Assembly (NCBI GenBank): GCA_030704615.1 | Contig: CM060731.1 | Location: forward strand, 80,972,001 to 81,036,000 | Direction of reading: 5' to 3' | DNA length: 64,000 nucleotides | Origin: Takakia lepidozioides | Lineage: Eukaryota; Plantae; Bryophyta | Part shown: one piece after another, positions 41,508 to 53,440 of the stretch | Position numbering within the stretch: the first letter of the stretch is position 1 | Layout: each line of letters starts with the position of its first letter | Notes under the pieces: generated by a model | Seen by the model: only the letters and a program-made list of their open reading frames with translations | What the model was told of the DNA's origin: nothing | The model's database searches: none | Translations under genes and position numbers: made by a program

Positions 41508-44500
41508 ATGGGGTCGGGCAAGCCGAAGCGAAAGCGGAACGGCCCAAAAGATGATGATCCCGGTGAGCCCGATGGGGGCGACGTGTCACCGAGGCGGCCG
41601 TTTGAGGAAGCGATGCATTTTCCAAAAACGAGGCCGCCCAAGAGCGGGAGGAATCCGAGGAGTCGGAGCCCGAGAAATCCTTGAGAGCTCCGACAAACCA
41701 AGAGATGCCTCCCATGCCGGCAGCCTTTTGGGAAGGGTTGTTGGCGCAGTTTGGTGGGACGTTGAAAGACGTGTTGAAGGCGGCTAATGCCACTTCCGCT
41801 AAGGCAAAGTTTAAGGTGAAGCCTAAGGAACCCGGCACCTTCGAGGGCGTCCAAATCGGAAGGCACTCAACACCTGGCTCTTGGAGCTAGAGCAGTACTT
41901 TCGGGCGGCCAAGTTGAGTGACGAGGATCGGGTGGAAGTGGCTCCCACCTATTTGAGGGGCTATGCTCAACAATGGTGGCAGAAACGCCTTCACGACCGA
42001 GGCCCAAGCCCGGAAACCTTGAACTGGAGTGGGTTCAAGGAATTGATGAAGAGACAGTTTGTGCCCCTCAACGCATCCTGGCTTGCCCGGGACAAGATGA
42101 GGAATTTGAAGCAAACAGATGACATTCGGGGGTATGTCCAGGCTTTCAATGTGCTGTTGCTCGAAGTCGCGGACATGGCAGAACCAGAAATGGTCTTCAA
42201 CTTTGTGGCGGGACTGGCCCCATGGGCCAGGCGGAAGTTGGAGGAGAAGCCACCCAAGACTTTGAACGAGGCAATTGAGAGGGCTGAATGTTTCTCGGAT
42301 GTCCCAAGGGGTGAGAGACAAGGCCGTACGGAGCTGAACCACAAGAAGACCCGGCGGGAAGGTGACTCCTTCCGACCGGAAAAGAAGTGGGATAGGCCAC
42401 GCGGCGACAATGGCACGTGGGAAATCGAAGGGAGGGCCTTCACACGTCAAGGCGGCACCCGGTGCTTCGAAAAGAAAAGCGGGTGGAGCGGCTTATGGCG
42501 GACAGAAGGCGACCTTTGATGGAGTGTGTTTCAATTGCGGGGAGCCCGGGCACATGGCCAAGAAGTGCACGAAGCCCCGACAATTGAACATGACTCGGGC
42601 GACCACGGAGCTGTCGGAAGATACCATCAGTCGCTTGGTGGAAGCGGTGGTCGCCAGAACTTGCAAGGTAGGCAAATTTTCTTGTGAGTTGTATCAGGAA
42701 ACTGGCGCCTTACGAAAATGGAGTCAGTTATTGTTCGTGGATGGGATAATATCCGGAACTAATGTGTCGTTGTTGGTGGACACAGGAGCGTCGCACTCCT
42801 TCATGACACCGGCAACGGCACAAAAGCTTGGACTCCCGACAAGTGACGTGGGGGCCTCTATTGAGGTGCGTTCTGCCAAAGGAGAACCACAGTTGGCGAC
42901 AAGGTTGGCGTTTGATGTTCCTCTTCAACTGGGGAGTTGGGAGGGACGTGAGAACTTCACCATCTGCGAGATCGATGGAGTAGATCTCATTTTGGGGATG
43001 ACCTTTTTGAGCAAATCCGGAGTGGTCATAGATGGCCGCAAGAGAGTAGTCACGCTGCCATGTGGGAATGGTGGCGAGGTCTTACGAGTGTCGGAAACGC
43101 CCAAATCCGTGGGAGGGCGAATAAACCTTCTGTCAGCAAGGGAGTGGGCCGTGGAGGAGGCACACGAACTCCAGTTTTTGCTTTACATTAGAGAAGTGAA
43201 AGGAGAAGGCGATGGGGAGCCGAGCCCAGATTGGATCAAGGGGATCTTGGAGAAATACCAGGATGTGATGCCGGAGGATTTATCAAGCGGCTTGCCACCG
43301 CGAAGAGGAGTTGACCACAAGATTGAGGTGATACCAGGATCGGAACCGCCTGCCAAGGCACCCTACCGGTTGAGCCACAGGGAGTTGGTCGAGCTGAAGA
43401 CTCAGCTCAAGGATCTAATGTCAAAGGGGTACATCCGGCCGAGTAAGTCACCTTACGGAGCCCCGGTGCTATTCGCAGACAAGAAGGATGGGACGCTGCG
43501 GATGTGTGTCGATTACAGGGCTCTGAATAAGGTGACTATCAAAACCGGTACCCTTTGCCAAGGATCGACGACCTCTTCGATCGGTTGGCAGGAGCGAAGT
43601 ATTCAGCGGATCGACTTGCGCTCCGGCTATCGCTATCATCAAATTCGGGTGGCGGAAGGAGATGAGGAGAAGACCGCGTGCAGGACAAGGTATGGTTCAT
43701 ATGAGTTCTTGGTGATGCCTTTTGGGCTCACTAATGCACCGGCGACCTTTAGCACGCTGATGAACAGCCTTTTCAGGAGTGGTTGGATGACTTTGTGATC
43801 GTGTACATCGACGACATCTTGGTGTACTCGAAAACAAAGGAGGAACACCTGGAGCACCTCAAAAGGGTGTTCCAAAAGTTGCGAGAAGGGAAGCTGTATG
43901 CCAAAGCTTCAAAGTGCGAATTCGGGGTCACGAAAGTGGAGTTCTGGGGCATGTGATTACACAGGATGGGATCAAAATGGATGACAGAAAAGTGAGGGCG
44001 ATCTTGGACTGGGAGCCTCCGACTTTGGTCCCGGGAGTGCGATCCTTCCTAGGACTCGCCTCCTATTACCGGAAGTATGTGAGAAATTTTGCCAAGATCG
44101 CGGGGCCGCTGTCGGACCTTCTGTGTAAATCTAAAGTCTGGGCATGGAACACCTTTTGTGGCCAAGCTTTTGCTGAATTGAAGCAGCGGATGGCGGAAGC
44201 TCCAGTCTTGAAATCCCGGAGTTCGATCGTCCGTTTCGAGATACATACAGATGCGTCGGACTTCGCGATTGGGGTGTACTGATGCAAGATGGACGTCCAG
44301 TGGCTTACGAAAGTAAGAAACTGAATGAAGTGGAGCGACGGTGGCCGACGCACGAGAAAGAGATGAAGGCGGTGGTGCCTGTCTTGAGCTCTGGCGCCAC
44401 TATGTTGGTTCCAACCCAGTGAAGGTGTTCGCGGACAATGTCACGGTGAAGTATTTTGCCACGCAGCCCAAGTTGTCCCCAAAACAACTTAGGTGGCAAG

Positions 44501-46065
44501 ATACTTTGGCGTGTTCGACGTGGATATCCAGTACAAACCGGGACGAGACAACGTGGTGGCCGATGCTTTAAGTAGAAAGCAGCAGCTCTTGTTGGTGTAC
44601 AAGGGCGAGACGGCGCTCCAAAGGAAATCCGGAAGGCTTGCCGGAAGGATGAGCTGGCAAGTCCATGATGCAGGACTTGAGGATGGGGGTTAAATCGCAG
44701 TTCCACTTGCAAAATGGACTGCTCCGATATAAGCAAAAACGTCTCTACGTGCCAAAGGGAGGGATCAGAGATAGCCTCTTGAGAGAATGCCATGATAGCC
44801 CGCTTGCGGGCCACGGCGGAGCCAAGCGCACTGCGGCACTCTTGAAGAAAGAGTATTTCTGGCCCAAACTGAGGGAGGAGGCAGAGGAGTATGTCAAGAC
44901 ATGCACCACATGCCAACAAAACCGGAGCGAGTACAAAAAGCAAGCGGGGCTGTTACAACCCTTGCCGATTCCAGAGGGGACTTGGGAAAGCGTCTCGATG
45001 GATTTCATGACTGCTATGCCGCTGTCAAAAGGATTCGATGCAATCATGGTGGTGGTGGATAGGTTCAGTAAAATGGGCCATTTCATCCCCACCAAGGAGA
45101 CGGCAACGGCGCAGGAGACAGGGCGACTTTACTTCGCCCACGTCTTAAAGCATCATGGAGTCCCGAAGGATATTGTCTCGGATCGCGATCCAAAGTTTAC
45201 GAGTAAATTTTGGAGGACACTTTGGAAGAAGATGGGGACGAGGCTGAAGATGAGCACCGCCTTCCGACCTACGACGGACGGCCAAACGGAAAGAGTGAAT
45301 TCCGTAGTGAAGCAATTCTTGCGGAATTACGTGTCGGCAGACCAATCAGACTGGATGGAACACTTAGACGCGGCAGAGTTCTGTTATAATAACACAGAAC
45401 ACTTCGCAACGGGAGTTTCCCCTTTCGTATTGGTCTATGGAAAAGCACCTCTGGTGCCGACAAGTTGGGCCGCCCAGGACGTTGAGGAACCGGCAGTAGC
45501 GGCGGTACTGGAAGAACGCGAAGCGTTTGTTGAAGCTCGCAAAGTACAACATTGCCAAAGCTAGGAAACGGTATGAAAGGCAGGCGAATCGGAAGCGGAG
45601 GGAAGTGAAGTTTGAGGCAGGCACAGAGGTCTGGTTGAACATCAAGAATTTCCGACTACCTCCGGAAGTGAGTCCGAAGTTCGTACCTCCGTATGCGGGA
45701 CCCTTTTGCATTCGGAAGGTTATGAATGAGGATGTGTATGAATTGGAGCTGCCGGCAAACAGCAAGGTGCACCCAGTATTTCATGTCTCCCTTTTGAAGC
45801 CTTACTTCAAAGATGAAGCGCGTCCGAATCGACATCAAGTGTTGCGTCCGCCACCTATGCTGTTGGATCATGAAAATGAACATGAGTACGAGGTGGAGGC
45901 AATACTTAAGTCGAGAGGTTCAAGAACCGAGAAACGGAGTATCTCGTCAAATGGAAGGGCTATCATCATGTGGAGGCATCTTGGGTGCGTGCCTCAGAAA
46001 TGGGAAACGCATCCGAGGCGGTTGCAGCTTTCGAAGGGCGACCTCAAAAGCGGAAGAAACGTTGA
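41508..46065 (+). pseudogene. Chromovirus gag-pol: Gag, CCHC knuckle, protease, RT, RNase H, integrase, GPF motif, chromodomain; several frameshifts
   Basis: [43 protein letters not shown] (~43804), HTDASDFAIG, HDSPLAGHGG...CTTCQ, SMDFM...SDRDPKF...DGQTERVN, YAGPF, EYEVEAIL...EYLVKWKGY..EASWV (~45883-45990). Confidence 0.92.
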
Positions 46066-46968
46066 TGGGGACATCAACCTTGGAGCGTGGGGGAGGAAAT
46101 GCATGCTTAGCCCGGCTTAGCTAGCTTAGGAATCCGATTACAAAAACTTGTATTGTACAAAATTTGTTATAAAGGAAATGGGTTCCAAATGTTGTGCGTC
46201 CTATTTTGTTTGGAATGGTGATGCATGGTATGGTTGGCTAGTGTGTAGAATGCATGCTAGCTTATAAAAGTGGGAGAGGTAAATTGGGTTAATCGTGTGT
46301 TTGCGTAGTGCCGAAATCGGGTGACCCCCATCCAAGGGGCAAGGAAACTTGCGACTTCTTTGGGAGTTCACGTGCTAGTGCGCACCTGGCGCGTGCGCGT
46401 ACTATAACTGCGCTACCGAGGGGGTTGCCTTGTAGTGCGGGCTAACGCGGAAGCTACGTGCTTCCGTTCACGTACTATAATCGTGTAGCCTCGGGACGAA
46501 GTCGTAGTGCGGCTTCGGCGTGTTCCCGTACCTCAGGCCAGCATTCCAAGGCGGACCCAATTGTAGTGATTGGGGCGCACGGTTGGTTCAAGGTTATCTT
46601 CCTAGTCAAAGAGGGTTCCAGGTGACCCTTGCTCAAGGTGATGCCAAAAGCGGCATCATGAGCGGTCGCAAGCAATGTTGTTGCAGTAAGGCGATTCGAT
46701 CCTCAAGGAGGATCGTTCCTTGGCCTTGAAGTAGGCCAAGAAGAGTGCACTGGGAGGAGCTTGAGAGGCTCCACCCTTGGCCGGGACTTGGAGGAAGTCG
46801 GCCGAACTAGCTAGTGGAGAGTAGAGTCAAGTGTGGGGTTTGGTTCTTTGCCATGGGACGCCATGGTACGGAAACAAACTCCTTGATGTGGGACGCCACA
46901 ACTTGGATGTTCGTTTCTACAAAATGGACAAGTCGATGAGGACATCGACTCCCTGTTGGTAGGGTGTG

Positions 46969-47516
46969 TGTCGCGGCCCTTTGCCTTGAGGGCAGGGGGG
47001 TCGGGACACAAGAGGGGCTGCCCATGTGGTGGGGGCAGTAGCAGCGATAGGTACGGGGGCTGAAGCACCCTTGAGTGCCCAAGGCACTCAAGGAGGCGGA
47101 GGCGCTCACTAGGTGGAGCCCCGCACACCGGTTTGCGGTGGGGGTGGCTCCACAAGGGGTGGTGGTAGCTTAGCGGGACTTAGTGGGGGTGGCGTAGGAC
47201 TCACCATGGGTGGGAGACCTCGTGTGGGGAGTCGTGGGGAGTCTTGGGACTCATCACGGCCCATGGGGCCGTGGTGAGTGGGCCAAGACTCACCGCGACT
47301 CACCACCGGGAGTCGAGGGTCTTCGTGGTGGTTCATCATAAAATGGCATGGCTGGTTGTGAAAACCCCGCGGACAGCTACAGAAGTATATATAAGGGGAG
47401 TAGTAACCCCGAGAACGGTGCAAGCCCGTTGTGTCCAAAAACTAGTGAGTGAGCGAGCGAGCCGGAAAGCGACCAAAGAGTGGGGAGCTGTTCCGGACTG
47501 CCATCTACCAAAGGGA
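46969..47516 (+). repeat. 3' LTR of the nested chromovirus, missing its last ~176 bp
   Basis: Matches 40728-41276 and then switches abruptly to outer-element sequence. Confidence 0.9.
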
Positions 47517-48012
47517 GTCAGAGGTGGAGTTGGATCCACAGCGTGGGGAGGCAAGCCGTCAGGCTAGGCTTCCTCAGTCATTCACATTGGCGGAGACAGT
47601 GTCGACGCCATCCATGGCACCATAGTTCTCGCCCGACTGTTACCGAGGCGGAGGTTACTATGCCTTTGGGAGAGCTACACGGTAGCACCACTACCCTAGT
47701 TTGCCAGCTACGACAGCTAGTGTGCTACTAGGAGCGGCCACATCTGTGTGCCAGGCTCAATTGTTCTCGGCTACCATGATTGCGACGCCGGGGGTAAGAC
47801 AGCTGAGGTGTTCAGGCTGGCAGCTACACTCTGTGAGAGTGGGAGGTTACTTCATCTTCTGCGGAGATAGTGGGAGATGTAGTGCCGGAGGGATCCTCGG
47901 ATTTGAGGGTCAAGACTGCCACGGCGGCGCCATGGCAAGCTGCAGCTGCCAGGTTGATGGAGCTGCCAGCTAGGCCAGCCATTGAGCGCGCCATGGTGAC
48001 ACCTGAGTTGTC

Positions 48013-48400
48013 ATGTTAGACAACCAGGATGGCATTTTCTGTTTGAGTGGACCGGCAGGCAAGATGTACCGGCCCACTGCGGGTCTTGTTAGACTTGGGA
48101 GCTTAGCCACTGATGCTGGGCAAAGCTGCTATTGCAGGCTTGGGCCTCACGGAGGCGGATATGGAGCCTTGTCCTTTCCAGATACTGACGTCTCTGGGAG
48201 GATCGGAGCAGGCTCAGGGCATGACACGGCGTGAGTTGGCTATCAGACTACGGCCGGATCACCCTACAGATGGCTCAGTGATGCGAGCTAAGGCTATTGT
48301 GACAGACGCGGTCTCATACGATATCCTGGTTGGTGGGGCAGTGTTGTACCCCATGGGCTTTACCCTGGATTTTGGGAGGAGTCAGCTTCATATAGGCCTG
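48013..48400 (+). pseudogene. Aspartic protease of the outer element
   Basis: RVLLDLGA*PLMLG at 48080-48121 (degenerate D-S/T-G-A site) and YDILVGGAVL. Confidence 0.7.
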
Positions 48401-48780
48401 CATGGCAGTCAGGGGAGGGCCGGCGTGTACAGCTCCCTATGACGTTCATAGGAGGAGTTGCGGTTGCCCAGCGAGGCAAGATGCCGACACTAGCAGCATT
48501 CACATCGGCAGTGAGTTGGCCTAGAGAGTTGCTTGAGGGCAACACTCATTCAGAGGATGTGCCACCTCCGGGAGAGCAGGATGACATGTATGGTATGGCG
48601 GAGTTGCTACCATGGTTGCTCAGACTCCATTGTGGGGCACGAGCAAGGATTTGCAGCGGAATGCTGATCGACGGGTGCAACAAGCCTGGGTGGAGGCTTT
48701 TGTACCGTCAGGAGAGGAGGAAAGTGCGGGGATTGCACCAGGACCACCTCAGTTGTCTCCATTGGGACACCACACCTATT

Positions 48781-49780
48781 GTGTGGCAGTATCCGGATGA
48801 AGGCATTTGTCTTCTGGACTTGTTTGGCGGGATCAGCACCGGATTGGCTGCTGTGTTACAGGCAGATGTACGAGATCGGCATTATCTGTATGTGGAGAGG
48901 GATGAGACTGCACGACGCGTTTCACTTCGCCATGTTGCTCAGTTGGTGCAGCGGTACCCTGAGTTGTTGTCGGTGTCTGCAATCGTGGATATCAGCAGGC
49001 CTTGCCAGTAGACATTTTGTTGCTGGGGGCGCAGGATTTGGAACCGGTTGGCTCCATTGATCTGGTAGTGGCAGGTTGGCCCTGCCAAGGGCATTCATCA
49101 GCCGGGCATGGCAATGGATTGCGAGACTCGAGGTCGGGTCTGTTTTGGGAGATGGTGCGGGTTTTGCGCCACTTGCAGCTTCATCAAGCTGTATCTCCAG
49201 CATACATCTTGGAGAATGTGCCACTGATGGGCGATTCTCGGGCCAGGGTGATGGCCAGTGTGCATCAAGTCCGATCGTGGCTTGGGTCAGCAGTGTTGCT
49301 AGATGCAGCTACAGTGGGGTCACGGGCTCATCGTCCACGGCTATGGTGGACTAACTTGATGCCACGCGCACTGCTCAACCGTACATTTGATGGGGTGCAG
49401 CGGCCAGCACATCTCACAGTGGATAGCATTCTGGACACAGGGAGGCAGTCTCAGCGTGTGAGACACGATGACCGTTCGCCTTTGGCAGTGGTCAACAAGG
49501 TGGGTCAACCACGAGCAGCATTACCTACACTGCTCAGCTTCCCAGGATCACATGCTTTCCGGGATAGTGGACTTGGCCTCTTGTGGGATGCTCAGTTGCA
49601 GCAGTTAGTAGAGCCTAATGCTGACGAGCGTGAGCGGGCAATGGGTTTTACCACTGGTACCACGGCGGTGTCGTCTCTTTCTGAGGCATCACGTCGTCAA
49701 GTGTTGGGGCAAGCAATGGATCTCAATTGCTTGACCTGGATTATCAGCTTGGCTCTGGCTGAGCAACGTAGAGTGCGGAA
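48781..49780 (+). pseudogene. C5 cytosine DNA methyltransferase domain (DNMT3-like) inside the retrotransposon pol, with one frameshift at ~48984
   Basis: Motif I LLDLFGGISTG (48811), II YVERD, IV IDLVVAGWPCQGHS (catalytic Cys 49083-85), V SGLFWE, VI YILENV (49212), VII LDAA, VIII HRPRLWWTNL (49329), IX ERERAMGF, X RRQVLGQAM, all in canonical order. Confidence 0.92.
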
Positions 49781-50119
49781 TATACTTCCCTCGATGGTCT
49801 CTCTGCCTACCGAGACGGTACAGGCAGTGAGTGGGGGCGAGCATGTGAGGACCACGGGGTGCATGCATCCATGGCACACGTGGGAGGTGCTCGAGGTTCA
49901 GAGGGAGTTGGCAGCCAAGGCGGCTGTGATGGATGAGGTTGGGGATTCTTCTCGGGTTGAGGAGGTCCTCAAGGATGAGATGATGGGGCAGGATGAGGTC
50001 TTGTCATTGATTGAGCAGGCAGGGAGTACTGCTCAAGAGGTTGCAACATAGCAACCACTGGACGCGTCCTCTACCTCTAAGCCCACTGGACTTAAGGTTG
50101 TAGTTACGGAGGACAATTG

Positions 50120-51520
50120 GGAGCCTGACATTGGACCCATTGTCACCGGAGGAGAGAGACAACGTATATGACGGTTCCTGAGGGCTTACAGGAATTGCTT
50201 TGCCTTCAGTTTGAAGGACTTGGGAGCACTGAAGGGTCAAGAGATCCGTATTGAGTTGGCCACTGACACGCCAATCTTTCGGAGACCCTATAGATACAGT
50301 GACATGGAGAGGTCTTTGATTCAGATGAGGACTCAAGATCTCTGGGAGGCAGGTTTGGTGGAGCTCTCTGGTGGAGAGTATGCTTCAGCCACAGTGATGC
50401 TAGCCAAGAATGATGTCTATGGCAATTGGACGGAGAGACGTATGTGCGGTGATTATCGGCCTGTAAATCGTCAGACCAAGTCCGATAAGTATGCCATGCC
50501 AACACCAGAGGAGATCTTTGATGCCATCGGGCATGCTGAGGTCTTTAGCACTTTGGATTTACGATCCAGATATCACCAGTTGTCAATCAAGGAGGTGGAC
50601 AAGCAGAAGACGACATTCTGGGGGATCAATGAGCACGGAAAGGATTGCCTATATTAGTGGCGGTTCTTACCATTTGGGCTTAAGAATGCTCCTGCAGAGT
50701 TTCAGAGAGTCATGGATAGGATTCTAGCAGGGGTGGACTTTGCTCGGTGCTACATAGATGACATCATCATCTTTAGTGTTACGATGGAGGAGCATGAGAG
50801 ACACCTTCAGGTGGTATTGGAGCGCTTGAGAGCGCACGGATTGAAGTTGCATCCGAGGAAGTGCAAGTTTTTCCACAACCAGATTGAGTATCTGGGTCAC
50901 ATGATATATCCTGGAGGATTGGGGGTACAACAGACTAAGGTAGAGGCCATTGCACAAATTCCACGCCCATGGATGTGAGCCGAGTTCGAGCTTTCATGGG
51001 GTTGGCAAACAGTTTGTCAAGGGATTTAGTATCATTGCAAAGGCTCTAACCAAGCTGACCAAGGTGGACCAGGAGTGGCAGTGGGAAGATGAGCAGGAAC
51101 GAGCTTTTCAAGAGCTCAAGGCGAGGTTGACCTCGGCGCCTATCTTGAGACGACCTATCAGGGGGCGTCCCTTTCAGCTGCATACGGATTGGAGCATGCT
51201 GGGGCTTAGAGCGGTGCTCACACAGGTGGATGATGAGGGAAAAGAGTTCGTAGTGGCTTATGCTAGCCGCTCGAACAACGCTGTAGAGGCTAAGTACAGC
51301 TCATATGAGGGAGAGTGCTTAGATGCAGTGTGGGCCGTGGCACACTTCAGGTGCTATCTATACGGCAATCTTTTCACCCTTGTCACGGATCACCAGCCAC
51401 TCAAGTGGTTGATGTAGTCAGACAAGCTTACGGGGAAGCTTGCACGGTGGGCACTCATATTCCAGGAGTATGACTTTCAGGTTGTGCATCGACCGGGTTT
51501 GGTCAATTGGGATGCGGATG
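50120..51520 (+). pseudogene. Reverse transcriptase and RNase H of the outer element
   Basis: RMCGDYRPVN, FSTLDLRSRYHQ, LPFGLKNAPAEFQR, YIDDIIIFS, LHTDWSMLGL, YASRSNN, YEGECL, TDHQPLKWL. Stops at 50655 and 51415. Confidence 0.92.
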
Positions 51521-51879
51521 GATTGAGTTGCAATCCATGCATGAGCCAGCAGGATGACACTGGAGCTCGGTGGCATGGTGAGACGGATGAGGAGATGGTG
51601 CCAGGATGGCACGCATCTGTATTTTTGTGTATCTTGGCATCGGGAGGTCAAGTTGGACCTACAACAGGGATGACTGTAGACGGAGTGTCTGAGGACCCTG
51701 AGGCTAGTGATGAGCCAGGTGGTGCCAGAGATATACATGAGGATTCGGCTGTGTTGGACTACCTCCGCACGGGAGACACGACAGCCACTGTGACTGCCAG
51801 GGAGAGGGATCGGATCCTGCAACGAGCCAAGAGGTTCAAGTGGGAGGGGATACACCTACTTCGAGTGTGGGAGGATGGT

Positions 51880-53178
51880 CGGGTGAGGATTGTGCCTCAC
51901 CCCACACAGCGTGCAGGGTTAGTGCGGCATGCCCATGAGGAGTTGGGGCATTTTGGAGTGCGACGCACTCACAGTTTACTGCAGGGGCAGTATTGGTGGC
52001 GTGGTATGCATACAGAGGTGCAACAGTTCGTGGCTAGGTGCATGGTGTGTGACAGGGTGCGTGCTTCATTCAACGCCCCTACACCACAGTTGCATCATTT
52101 ACCAATCATGGGATTGGGCTACAGGTGGAGTCTTGATTTCGCAGGACCGTTGCCACTGACTATGCGCCACCACAGATATGTGTTGGTGATGGTGGAGCAC
52201 TTCTCCAAGTGGATTGAGTTGGTTCCATTACCTGACAAGGCTAGTGAGGGGGCTGCGTATGCATTCTTGGATTGTGTGCTTAGCCGATTTGGTGCTCCAG
52301 CTGAGGTACTCACGGACCAAGGGAGAGAGTTCTTGGGGGAGTTTCAGGCTTTGTGTGCTAAAGCCTTGATAGACCACCGCACCACTTCTCGGGATCATCC
52401 TCCTGAGGCCGATGGCTTGGCAGAGAGAGTCGTTCAGACGGTGAAGAGGGGTTTGCGCAAGTATGGCTTGCAGAAGGGACACCTAGGAGATTAGGATCTT
52501 CAGGTTCCTTGGTTAGCCATGGGCTACGGGTTCAGCAAACAAGCATCACTTGCCTCCTTCTCACCATATTTCCTTCTCTTTGGTCGAGAGCCGGATTTGC
52601 CTGCAGCCATTCGTAGGGACACTGCTCAAGTCCCTAACCTTGACGATCCGGACGTGTGGGTACGTGCATGCGATCAGCGTGCAGAGTTGTTCAAGAAAGT
52701 CATGCCCATGGCTTTTGAGAACCTTGCCATTGCACAGCACCGTGATACGTTGAGGTATGCCACTATACGTGGTGGAGGATATCGTCTTGGGGTTCGGAGG
52801 TTTAGCCCTGGTGACTATGTTTATTTGCAGCAGACCGCTCCTACGACTCTGGATGTTACTGCAGGGCGTGTTATTCTGAGGGTTCAAGAGGTGTTGCCCT
52901 CAGGAGTCCTGATCTTGGAGGGTCGGGATGGCATGACTTGGAAAGACCATGTGCGTAATTGTGCGCCATGTCACCTTCCCTATGTCGATGGCAGAGTTGA
53001 CCCAAACTTGGCAGTGGTACCTGCAGGTTTGAGGTGCATGCTCTGTGGGTCTACCAAAGGGGCAGCCACCATGCTGGTGTGTGATCGATGCTCAAGGGGT
53101 TGGCATATGGGATGCTTGACACCACCTCTTGAGAAGGTTCCTGACGGAGATTGGTTGTGTCCACACTGCTTGGGATAG
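51880..53178 (+). pseudogene. Integrase (HHCC and DDE) with C-terminal PHD finger (53035-53169)
   Basis: HAHEELGHFG...CMVCD, SLDFAGP, LTDQGREF, DGLAERVV. In-frame stop at 52492. C4HC3 finger CMLC...MLVCDRCSRGWHMGCLTPPLEKVPDGDWLCPHC, then stop. Confidence 0.92.
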
Positions 53179-53430
53179 TGGCAGTGGACATGACTGGAGG
53201 CAGTTAACAAGACATGGGAGGCCAGGCTCATAGGAGTCAATACATGAGATCCCAAGCTCAAGTTCACAGGTTGCAAGACGGCGACTAACGGTGGGGCAAC
53301 TCTTGCACCCGGCCTCTTGATCTATTGAGTTTGAGTGTAGTAGGGATAGTGGTGGAGGACTTAGTGAGGCTAGCTATGGTCACTATCACATCTTGTGGCT
53401 ACCTGGACTTAGAGGGACCTAAGCACCAGC

Positions 53431-53440
53431 TAGGGGGGCG
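53431..53440 (+). promoter_or_regulatory. Putative polypurine tract of the outer element
   Basis: TAGGGGGGCG followed by AT-TGT, about 250 bp after the PHD stop. Confidence 0.6.

Larger units (their letters stand above)
40728..47516 (+). mobile_element. Nested Ty3/gypsy chromovirus, tRNA-Met primed, 3' LTR truncated
   Basis: 5' LTR 40728-41452 (TGTCGCG...CGCGACA), PBS TGGTATCAGAGC at 41455-41466, gag-pol at 41508-~46065, 3' LTR at 46969-47516. Confidence 0.93.

Noticed and set aside
48781-49780. Host DNMT3/DRM gene or bacterial restriction-modification MTase
   Set aside because: It is intronless, has no start, promoter or partner endonuclease of its own, lies between retroviral PR and RT, and its motif order is not permuted as in DRM.
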